The notes beneath the pieces were generated by a model, which did no database searches, was not told the DNA's origin, and saw only the letters and a program-made list of their open reading frames with translations. Below are positions 51,791 through 58,753 of a stretch of 60,599 nt of DNA, piece after piece. Location: positions 1-60,599 of IMG/VR virus record IMGVR_UViG_3300035138_000104; one strand, written 5' to 3'. The translations under genes were made by a program, and so were the position numbers. The first letter of the stretch is position 1. Each line of letters starts with the position of its first letter. Source of the stretch: a virus.

Positions 51791-52543
51791 TTATAAAGTA
51801 GGCACTTTCCCAAAAGTGCTATTAGCAAAAGGATTACGTAAATGCCCATTTATTTTTAATTCAATATCTAAATGCGTGCCGTAACCTTCCTCTCGTTCAT
51901 ATTCTGTTATTTCTCGCCATATTTCTTGATTATCATCCCATGTGGCACATCTTCCAGAGTTACCAATATAAGCAATCTCTTGATCTTTCTTTATATATTC
52001 ACCCTCTAAAACAAAAATCTGGCTTAAATGTGAATATCTTATCTCTACCTTTTCTATTTTTGGCTTACCTTTTATCAATTCCATTAAAACTAATCCTTTA
52101 AGGACTATATAATTCCCGTATATATCAGAATATCCAACTTCCTCAATTTTACCAAAAAACCCTCCGTTTACAGTAATGTCCATTTCAGCCTTCCAATCTG
52201 TGCTTTTAGAATCCTCCATTTCTCCATTTATATACCTTACCCCTGTTTCACTTGTAATATACCCGTTCTCTATAGGTTTAGCCAATTCTTTATGTTTCCA
52301 TTTATATTGCTTTATGTTATGTTCTTTTTTATATTTTCTTGCTATTTCTAAAGCATTCTCATCAACAGGTAACCCCTTTCCCCCAATTGCAAATATATTA
52401 TCTTTAAGCTTTTTATTCTCTTTCTGCACTTGCGTTAATCTATACTTATAATTTCCTATACTTATATCAAACTGAAAAATCAATACAAGTACAAATATCA
52501 TAAATAACATTTTGCTTAACGTTAAATAATACTTTAATGTCAT
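51791..52543 (-). CDS. Membrane-anchored M23-like peptidase
   Basis: 250 aa. N-terminal TM segment, and C-terminal IGNSGRCATW...GTHLDIEL that resembles the M23 GxSGxSTGPHLHFE region. Confidence 0.55.
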   Translation of the reverse strand: MTLKYYLTLSKMLFMIFVLVLIFQFDISIGNYKYRLTQVQKENKKLKDNIFAIGGKGLPVDENALEIARKYKKEHNIKQYKWKHKELAKPIENGYITSETGVRYINGEMEDSKSTDWKAEMDITVNGGFFGKIEEVGYSDIYGNYIVLKGLVLMELIKGKPKIEKVEIRYSHLSQIFVLEGEYIKKDQEIAYIGNSGRCATWDDNQEIWREITEYEREEGYGTHLDIELKINGHLRNPFANSTFGKVPTL

Positions 52544-52546
52544 GGC

Positions 52547-52918
52547 TTAACTCCTTAATAATTCTGAATTTTCATATATATTGCCGATTAATTCAATTTC
52601 TTCAGAACAGCCTAAATAATCAATAGAAGTAAAAAGACTGGGATTTTCTGTTTTTTGTTCAATCCACCTGCAATGTAAATTTACAGTATCAAAAAATGAT
52701 TCAATTATTCCTATACCATATTCTCCAATTGAATTATAATATTTTATAATATCGCCTTCATATATTTCTTTGCCGTTTTTATCTTTTAAATCAATGTATT
52801 GCATTAAAATATCTTCGTCATCTTCTGACATCATATTCATTGTTAATTCTCTCAATCTATCAGGATATATCATATCTTTTGTTGATTTATGCCAACATCT
52901 AAATTTAATTTCTCTCAT
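52547..52918 (-). CDS. YopX-like protein
   Basis: 123 aa. The MREIKFRCWHKSTKDMIY start is typical of the YopX family. Confidence 0.6.
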   Translation of the reverse strand: MREIKFRCWHKSTKDMIYPDRLRELTMNMMSEDDEDILMQYIDLKDKNGKEIYEGDIIKYYNSIGEYGIGIIESFFDTVNLHCRWIEQKTENPSLFTSIDYLGCSEEIELIGNIYENSELLRS

Positions 52919-53268
52919 TTATTCCCTCTAAAAATGTATTGTGATACATAACCCATGGGCTGATATAATTTAATTGGCGCATACAACGGTTTTATTTCAG
53001 TCATCGATTTATCTAAAATAATAAGTTTATCTTTTTCAAAAGGATGCAAAGTATAAACATATTTACATGTTTCAACCCTATCAATTTCTTTTTTAACCAA
53101 TTTCATTAAAAACTTTTTTAATAAATATTCTTTTAAATCTATTTGATTCTTTTTTTGGTAATATGATTGACAAAAATTATTAAAATCTTCTACGTCAAAT
53201 TTTCCCATATTCGAGGTGAATATATTATGATTATTTTGTTTGATATGTGCTAGTTTTTTCTCTAACAT
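52915..53268 (-). CDS. Hypothetical protein, paralog of 39106..39411, apparently leaderless
   Basis: 117 aa. Shares the ETCKYVY..HPFE motif. There is no SD, and the ATG lies 8 nt after a TATAAT box. Confidence 0.65.
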   Translation of the reverse strand: MLEKKLAHIKQNNHNIFTSNMGKFDVEDFNNFCQSYYQKKNQIDLKEYLLKKFLMKLVKKEIDRVETCKYVYTLHPFEKDKLIILDKSMTEIKPLYAPIKLYQPMGYVSQYIFRGNK

Positions 53269-53276
53269 TGTTGTTT

Positions 53277-53305
53277 ATTATACGTTAATTTTGTTTTTAT
53301 TACAA
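53277..53305 (-). promoter_or_regulatory. Sigma70-type promoter giving a (near-)leaderless mRNA
   Basis: TTGTAA (53305-53300), 17 nt, TATAAT (53282-53277), then AAACAACA and ATG (53268). Confidence 0.55.
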
Positions 53306-53321
53306 GTTTTTTCTTTGGTTT

Positions 53322-53528
53322 TTAATAGCCGTTGCCGTTGCCGTCGCCGTCGCTGTAACCGTAGCCGTTGCCGTCGCCGTAGCCGTCGCCGTAGCCGTCG
53401 CCGTAGCCGTAGCCGTTGCCGTTGCCGTAGCCGTTGCCGTAGCCGTCGCCGTAGCCGTCGCCGTAGCCGTAGCCGTCGCCGTTGCCTAAATTGCTTTGTC
53501 CTTCTTCATTTATAAAACTTTTTTCCAT
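53322..53528 (-). CDS. (Gly-[Asp/Asn/Tyr])27 repeat peptide (68 aa)
   Basis: ATG at 53528 follows GAGGAAGAGG. A 14-aa N-terminal segment MEKSFINEEGQSNL is followed by 27 dipeptide units G-D, G-N or G-Y (one S-D). Confidence 0.6.
   Translation of the reverse strand: MEKSFINEEGQSNLGNGDGYGYGDGYGDGYGNGYGNGNGYGYGDGYGDGYGDGNGYGYSDGDGNGNGY
53325..53486. repeat. 27 tandem hexamers GT[ACT]GCC (G+C-rich island)
   Basis: Direct reading of 53325-53486 gives 27 consecutive 6-nt units. Only three deviate from GT[ACT]GCC (ATAGCC, GTCGCT, GTAACC). Confidence 0.9.
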
Positions 53529-53839
53529 GCCTCTTCCTCGCAATTTATTAATAAAATTGTTGTAAGATAATCAAATTCGACCACTCCATAACATTTATCA
53601 AGCACAGTTTTTGAAGTTTTCCCTTTTGCCAATTCACCTAGCCCTTTTTCTGTTCCCCATGATCTAATTATATAAGCATTATATAATTTACAATCATTCC
53701 CTTTTCTTTCAAATCTACCTATTACAACCCATCCTCTTTGTAATACTACAATTTTAATAGGACTTTCAATATTATTTTCTTGTAACTCAGAATAATATTT
53801 TTTCCCATTAATTGTTATAACGTCTAAATTTTGTTCCAT
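53510..53839 (-). CDS. Hypothetical protein (109 aa)
   Basis: AUAGGAG lies upstream. Its 3' end overlaps the start of the repeat peptide gene. Confidence 0.65.
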   Translation of the reverse strand: MEQNLDVITINGKKYYSELQENNIESPIKIVVLQRGWVVIGRFERKGNDCKLYNAYIIRSWGTEKGLGELAKGKTSKTVLDKCYGVVEFDYLTTILLINCEEEAWKKVL

Positions 53840-53887
53840 AAAATTACTCCTATATATTAAATATAATTCAACTCCTTATATAAATTA

Positions 53888-53960
53888 TAGGCACGGTAGG
53901 ATTCGAACCTACGATGTAACTTAATGCAAACTAGTATGACTCAAGCCTTTGTCCATGCCT
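53888..53960 (-). tRNA. Degenerate tRNA-like element (UGC at the anticodon position)
   Basis: 73 nt. Good acceptor stem AGGCAUG/CGUGCCU and T arm GUAGG-UUCGAAU-CCUAC. The D stem is displaced and has 3 bp (GAC/GUC), and the anticodon stem is weak (ACUAG/UAAGU with an A-A mismatch). Confidence 0.4.
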
Positions 53961-54070
53961 ATAACAAAAGGGATAAGGAGAAAATTTATTACAAGAAATT
54001 ATCATGAAAAAAAGTCTTATAAAAGATGTTGATAAGAAAGATTGCATTCAAAACTCCTTATCCCTAAAAA

Positions 54071-55015
54071 TTATTCTTCATATGCCCAAACATCATTATA
54101 CCACATATTATTTTGACTTACACTTCCAGCTATTATCAATAATTTTCCATCAAAAACCACAGCTGATAATGACGCTCTTTTGCCCCAAGGAATATCCCCT
54201 AATTGACTCCAACTTGAACCATTCCAAACATATACATCGTTGCCTACATTATCTTCAGAACAATCTGGTTCATGCCATTCCATAGTATTCTGAATAACTC
54301 CGCCTATAAGATACATATTATCATTATATACGACAAGCCCACTTCTAGCCCTTTCATAGATAGAATTTGAACTTGCTTGAATCCAATTATATCCGCCATC
54401 TGTACTATAATAAGCATCATCTCTAAGATAATAAGTACCGACTCCATAATTACCACCAATAACCCATATTTTCCCGTCTTGGTCTTTTGCAGAAATATGA
54501 TTACATCTTCCACCCCAGCTTGCATGTTCTACTAATCGAGTAAGGACTGTCCCGTTAAATGACCATACGTCATCAGCATCCCAATACTGAGTTTTTTCTG
54601 CGTTGCAACAATACCCACCAATAATGAGGATTTGACTCTCAGATATTTTCACGATTGTATGTCCAGCCCTACGGCCAAGGGAAGAAGAACCAGAAAAACA
54701 ATCCCAATAATAGCCATCTATACTATACCATATATCTGAAGCAAGAGTCCCCGATTCAGTACATCCTCCAAAAAGCCAGTATTTCCCTTGAAAATATACT
54801 ACTGCATGAGAACGCCTATAACACCAAGGATTATTCCCACCTGTATCCACTTTTTTTTGTATCCATATTCCACCATCATTGCTTTCCCAGACATAATTAT
54901 GAAAATCATTATTATGTCCTCCAATTTTCACTAATTTTGTGCCATTGTTGACAACAATATTAGATGTCTCGTCTGCAGGGAAATTAGCATTCCCTGTTAA
55001 TTTTGTCCAACTCAT
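54071..55015 (-). CDS. Kelch-repeat beta-propeller protein
   Basis: 314 aa. Repeated units contain GG(x)n...W..Y/W signatures (KIGGHNN...VWESNDGGIW, LFGGC...IWYSIDGYYW, IIGGY...VWSFNG, VIGGNYG...AYYSTDGGYNW, LIGGV...VYVWNGSSW, IIAGS...VWAYEE). Confidence 0.65.
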   Translation of the reverse strand: MSWTKLTGNANFPADETSNIVVNNGTKLVKIGGHNNDFHNYVWESNDGGIWIQKKVDTGGNNPWCYRRSHAVVYFQGKYWLFGGCTESGTLASDIWYSIDGYYWDCFSGSSSLGRRAGHTIVKISESQILIIGGYCCNAEKTQYWDADDVWSFNGTVLTRLVEHASWGGRCNHISAKDQDGKIWVIGGNYGVGTYYLRDDAYYSTDGGYNWIQASSNSIYERARSGLVVYNDNMYLIGGVIQNTMEWHEPDCSEDNVGNDVYVWNGSSWSQLGDIPWGKRASLSAVVFDGKLLIIAGSVSQNNMWYNDVWAYEE

Positions 55016-55016
55016 A

Positions 55017-55181
55017 TTACTCTCTCCTCATTATAATAAAAAAATTATATATACCAGTAATTAAAATATTGCCAATAATTAAACATCCCAATATAACTTT
55101 AAAATTATGTTTTAAATACATTCCTAGTATAATTATACAAAAAATAAGCAATAAAATCAAACATATTACAATTTTTTTCAT
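55017..55181 (-). CDS. Small membrane protein (54 aa)
   Basis: ATG at 55181 overlaps the upstream stop (ATGA). It has two hydrophobic segments and is below the track cutoff. Confidence 0.5.
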   Translation of the reverse strand: MKKIVICLILLLIFCIIILGMYLKHNFKVILGCLIIGNILITGIYNFFIIMRRE

Positions 55182-55882
55182 TTAATTTTCTCCAAAAATT
55201 CAAGTAATTCTTTTGCCTGTATTGAATCGAAAAAATTAGCATTATCTCTAATATTTTTTAACCATTCAATATATTTTCTAGGTGGCTTTTTTTGTTTTAA
55301 TTGTTTTAAATTATCTATAATACAAATTTCACATTGATTTTCTATTAAATCTTGAATACAATTATCTTCAGAACAATCACAGATTAAATTTTTTATTTTC
55401 TGTTTAAAAGTTTCTAGTTCATTATCTTTCTCTTTTATTATTTGTTCGATTGCCTGTTGAAATAATTTTATCTGCTCTAAATGCTCCCCTAAGCAAATAA
55501 AAGTTTGATCCTGTATATTGTATAAAAGTTTTTCTAAATCTTCATTTCTCAAATAATGAATATCAAACATCGTATAATTATATTTCCTTGCCTCTTCTAG
55601 CTTATCAACCTTCTTTTCTACGATACATATATCATCAACGTTTATGTTTTCTACTTTTGGTTTTTGAATTTTCTTGAACATTGCATTATTCTGACAAGAT
55701 TCGCAAATTATAGTATTATAATTATTACAATCTAAGCATTCTTTAAGTTTCGAATCTTGCTGTTCATTATCTTTTATATATCCTAATTTTTGCCATCTTT
55801 TTATTATCATATCAAACCAATATTCATTTATCATTTCATTTAAACTGCTTAATAATTTTTGTGCTTCTTTCTTTTCTATCAT
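55178..55882 (-). CDS. Cys-rich coiled-coil protein (234 aa)
   Basis: CLDCNNYNTIICESC and CDCSEDNC...CEIC clusters flank a helical middle. Confidence 0.65.
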   Translation of the reverse strand: MIEKKEAQKLLSSLNEMINEYWFDMIIKRWQKLGYIKDNEQQDSKLKECLDCNNYNTIICESCQNNAMFKKIQKPKVENINVDDICIVEKKVDKLEEARKYNYTMFDIHYLRNEDLEKLLYNIQDQTFICLGEHLEQIKLFQQAIEQIIKEKDNELETFKQKIKNLICDCSEDNCIQDLIENQCEICIIDNLKQLKQKKPPRKYIEWLKNIRDNANFFDSIQAKELLEFLEKIK

Positions 55883-55886
55883 TTAT

Positions 55887-56054
55887 TTACCCCTTGATTT
55901 CATTATATTTTTCATATTTTTCTTGTGCTAATTTCAATGCGTCAAGCGGATTATTAGGATTACATTTAGCCGCGTACTCTAATTCTTTACTTGAAGCATT
56001 GTCAATATTTCCTCCATATTTTTCTAATAATTTATAATAAGTAAACCAACCCAT
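55887..56054 (-). CDS. Small protein (55 aa)
   Basis: ATG at 56054 lies 8 nt after AAGGAG. It is below the track cutoff. Confidence 0.5.
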   Translation of the reverse strand: MGWFTYYKLLEKYGGNIDNASSKELEYAAKCNPNNPLDALKLAQEKYEKYNEIKG

Positions 56055-56059
56055 CTTAT

Positions 56060-56458
56060 TTACTCCTTAGTTTTTGATAATAGTTGTTTCCCCCCTGTAA
56101 CCCAGCAAGATTTACATTCTGGACTATCTTTAGAATTACAACTATCACAATCGATATGAAAAGTAATTATATTATCTAAATATTCTTTCAATTCCTTTTT
56201 TTCTTGTTGTAGTTGTTCGTTTTGTTTTTGTTCGTATCCCAGTTGCTCTCTTAACTCTTTTAATATTTGTTTAGCTCTTACAAGATTTTCTGTTGTGTTT
56301 TTATTTTGTTTTTCTAATGCTTCGACTTTTGGAATATATAAACCTAATACTTGAGAAATTAATATTATTGAAACGTTTCCCAAGCCAGCTCCTTTTTCGT
56401 TCAAAAATTTAAATATTTCTTTTGGTAAATTATTGTTCATATTCTCTGATAATTTCAT
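56060..56458 (-). CDS. Cys-rich coiled-coil protein (132 aa)
   Basis: Helical Gln/Glu/Lys-rich segment followed by CDSCNSKDSPECKSCW. Confidence 0.65.
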   Translation of the reverse strand: MKLSENMNNNLPKEIFKFLNEKGAGLGNVSIILISQVLGLYIPKVEALEKQNKNTTENLVRAKQILKELREQLGYEQKQNEQLQQEKKELKEYLDNIITFHIDCDSCNSKDSPECKSCWVTGGKQLLSKTKE

Positions 56459-56601
56459 TTCTTTCCCCTTTTTATCTCATGCTTTTTATTGCTAAGATAT
56501 ATAATTAGTTTATCTATTATTTCTATTTTTGTATGTTTATAGTGATGATCTAATACTTCATCGATAAAAAACATAATATTCTTTACTTCTAAGTTTATCA
56601 T
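56455..56601 (-). CDS. Small protein (48 aa), paralog of 7440..7616
   Basis: DEVLDHHYKHTKIEIIDKLIIYLSNKKHEI aligns with EHAFEGHNKHDILTIIDRLIDYLKNKKKEI. It has ATGA overlaps with both neighbours. Confidence 0.5.
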   Translation of the reverse strand: MINLEVKNIMFFIDEVLDHHYKHTKIEIIDKLIIYLSNKKHEIKRGKK

Positions 56602-56822
56602 TTTTCATTCCATTCACTGCAAAAGGCTATCTTTATATCCCCATATTGCTGAATTAAACAATTAGAACAATGATCCTTTAATTTGCAATTCTGACAAGTC
56701 ATCTTTTCTAGTTCGGATAATACCCATCGTAAAGCATCAACTTTACCCTGAATATAGCCACCATCAATATGAGGCTTATTTATTTTTTTTATTTCCTCTT
56801 CAATTTTTTCTTTTAATGTCAT
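56598..56822 (-). CDS. Cys-rich small protein (74 aa)
   Basis: CQNCKLKDHCSNC...FC cluster. Confidence 0.65.
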   Translation of the reverse strand: MTLKEKIEEEIKKINKPHIDGGYIQGKVDALRWVLSELEKMTCQNCKLKDHCSNCLIQQYGDIKIAFCSEWNEK

Positions 56823-56835
56823 AATTGCTCCTTAA

Positions 56836-57063
56836 TTAATATTCTGAATCTATCTCTATACTATTACTAGCAACTGGTTTTATTTTTAAATGTCTACTTC
56901 CACTTATTACTCTCAATATTATCCTATTGTCCTTTAACTCTATTGAATATCTTATATTATTATTATCAAGTAATTCTATTGATAGATTTTCAGGATTATC
57001 ATTAGTAAATAAAATGCCTTTATTCTCTACCATTTCAAGAATATCACCTATTATTATTTTCAT
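56836..57063 (-). CDS. Hypothetical protein (75 aa)
   Basis: ATG at 57063 follows AGAGGAGAAAUAAA. The longer track ORF (to 57111) would run into the RNA element. Confidence 0.6.
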   Translation of the reverse strand: MKIIIGDILEMVENKGILFTNDNPENLSIELLDNNNIRYSIELKDNRIILRVISGSRHLKIKPVASNSIEIDSEY

Positions 57064-57112
57064 TTTATTTCTCCTCTTTCTTAATATCCCCCTGCCGTCC
57101 ATTACAGACAAT

Positions 57113-57192
57113 GAAAGGCTTTAATAAAAGAGCCGGCCGATCGAAGTAAGCCGGTTTAAACTCTTTTACTAAAGCCTTCCTTATCTTCGATC
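57113..57192 (-). ncRNA. 5'-flank/apical-loop complementary RNA element, copy 4
   Basis: RNA sense: GAUCGAAG (57192-57185) is complementary to CUUCGAUC in the 12-nt loop UUACUUCGAUCG (57149-57138). Inner stem CCGGC/GCCGG. The 20-bp outer stem (57180-57161 with 57132-57113) contains two G-U pairs that would be A-C on the plus strand. No U tract follows. Confidence 0.6.
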
Positions 57193-57200
57193 TATTAATA

Positions 57201-57228
57201 AGTATAGCTCAATTTTTAAATTTTTCAA
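57201..57228 (-). promoter_or_regulatory. Sigma70-type promoter
   Basis: TTGAAA (57228-57223, containing the TGA stop of the upstream ORF), 16 nt, TATACT (57206-57201). The predicted start is about 57194-57193, 1-2 nt before element copy 4. Confidence 0.55.
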
Positions 57229-57371
57229 TTATTTTCTTCTTTTTTTTCACTTTTTTCAAATTTTTTTCTGACACATTCAAAACATAAACCGTCAGTATCT
57301 TTTATAAAAGTATCCGGAATTCCCTTTGAACACCCTTTACATTTCACTAAATTAAGTTTCATATCATTCAT
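57225..57371 (-). CDS. Small zinc-ribbon protein (48 aa)
   Basis: CKGC...CFEC. It is below the track cutoff. Confidence 0.5.
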   Translation of the reverse strand: MNDMKLNLVKCKGCSKGIPDTFIKDTDGLCFECVRKKFEKSEKKEENN

Positions 57372-57379
57372 TCCATCTT

Positions 57380-57901
57380 CTAAAAAATATCACCGACAGC
57401 CATCATTTTCTTTTGAAGTTTCAAATGGCTATCGGTTTTAACAACTCCTTTATAAATATAATACATTGATATTAACATCATATAGGCATCGCATTCATCG
57501 GTCGATTCAAAAGATTTATTATAGAACTTATTAACTGCTTCAATGTAGACCTTCGCCTTTTGTTTTTTTGGCAGTTCTAATTTAACCATTGCCTGCCAGG
57601 TCGAAGGATTAACCTTAATGATTTTAATATTCTGATTATATAAAGCTAACAATATAATTCCTTTTACTTCAGCCAATGCAGTTATTGATCTGGAATTACC
57701 AATTGAAAAAGGATAATCCTCTAAAAAGGCAACTTCAATTTTATTGTCCAAGCATAAATCAGTTATTCTAATATAAATATGTTGATACTTCTCATTATCA
57801 TTATTCAATTTTGTAGTTGTAATCGTCTCATGATATTCTTTATTAGTCTTAATATAAATGCCTATATGTGCCTTCGCACTATCAATACTTATTATATTCA
57901 A
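57380..57901 (-). CDS. RuvC-like Holliday junction resolvase
   Basis: 173 aa. IISIDSAKAHIGI (first catalytic Asp), AFLEDYPF, and C-terminal DECDAYMM fit the RuvC-fold acidic tetrad. Confidence 0.65.
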   Translation of the reverse strand: MNIISIDSAKAHIGIYIKTNKEYHETITTTKLNNDNEKYQHIYIRITDLCLDNKIEVAFLEDYPFSIGNSRSITALAEVKGIILLALYNQNIKIIKVNPSTWQAMVKLELPKKQKAKVYIEAVNKFYNKSFESTDECDAYMMLISMYYIYKGVVKTDSHLKLQKKMMAVGDIF

Positions 57902-57913
57902 AGTTATCTCCTG

Positions 57914-58303
57914 TCAAAATGGGACATCATCATCATTTGAAGATGAATCTTCCACATCTTTGCTTTTAGATACTGACGATAAAAATTGCACTGAATTTGC
58001 TGTTATTTCAACCTTCGATCTAGTTTGACCAGATGCCTTATCCTGCCATCTATTTTGCCTTAGAACTCCATTAATAGCAACCTGGCTGCCTTTTTTCAAA
58101 TATTTTTCACAATTAATAGCCTGATTTCCCCACACAGTAATATCAAAAAAATTAGCATATTCTTTTCTTTCATCCCCTTGAGTATAACTATCATTATTTG
58201 CTATAGAAAACTTTGCAACTGCCTTACCTGAGCTGGTGTACTTAATTTCTGGTGGTTTAACTAATCTTCCGATTAAAAAAACATGATTCAAATCTTTAGC
58301 CAT
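57914..58303 (-). CDS. ssb: Single-stranded DNA-binding protein
   Basis: 129 aa. OB-fold start LNHVFLIGRLVKPPEIKYTSSGKAVAKFSIA and the acidic tail DDDVPF. Confidence 0.9.
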   Translation of the reverse strand: MAKDLNHVFLIGRLVKPPEIKYTSSGKAVAKFSIANNDSYTQGDERKEYANFFDITVWGNQAINCEKYLKKGSQVAINGVLRQNRWQDKASGQTRSKVEITANSVQFLSSVSKSKDVEDSSSNDDDVPF

Positions 58304-58725
58304 TATTTTTCTCCTTCAGGATCTTCAATTTCTGGCTCGGTATCATCTTTACCATCAAATAATTCTTCATTGATTTTTTCCATGAAAAGACTTACATCAT
58401 TATATCTAAGTTTAACTAAATCAATTTCTTTTTCTTTATCATACAATTGTTCCAAGATCAAACTTAACTTATCGCCATTTCTTAAGCGTCTGAATTTAAT
58501 ATCAAATACTTCAAACACACTATCTACAACTATTATATCTTTTTGATTTTCTGGTGGTATTTTTTGTGTAATCTTAACTTTTACATTGTCACCCCTAAAT
58601 TCAATCAACTCTCTTTCAACGTCTAAGTCTTCCTGGCATTCTAAGACTACTCTTAATTTATTCCCATTTGCAAGCCGTCTTACAGATAAATCAAATAATT
58701 CAAAAACTCCATCAAATGTATTCAT
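58303..58725 (-). CDS. Hypothetical protein with an internal duplication and an acidic tail (140 aa)
   Basis: FELFDLSVRRLANGNKLRVVLE... is repeated as FEVFDIKFRRLRNGDKLSLILE.... The C terminus is DDTEPEIEDPEGEK. Confidence 0.65.
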   Translation of the reverse strand: MNTFDGVFELFDLSVRRLANGNKLRVVLECQEDLDVERELIEFRGDNVKVKITQKIPPENQKDIIVVDSVFEVFDIKFRRLRNGDKLSLILEQLYDKEKEIDLVKLRYNDVSLFMEKINEELFDGKDDTEPEIEDPEGEK

Positions 58726-58753
58726 TCTTTTTCTCCTTAAATTTATTTTAACC

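Noticed and set aside
53325-53486. G+C-rich tandem repeat as a CRISPR array or minisatellite
   Set aside because: The units are 6 nt with no spacers, and they lie in frame inside an SD-preceded ORF.
53240-53515. Plus-strand 91-aa Arg/Ser/Cys-rich ORF antisense to the Gly-Asp/Asn/Tyr repeat
   Set aside because: It is the mirror image of the hexamer repeat. It has no SD and runs against the operon, whereas the minus-strand frame has a strong SD. It cannot be fully excluded without expression data.
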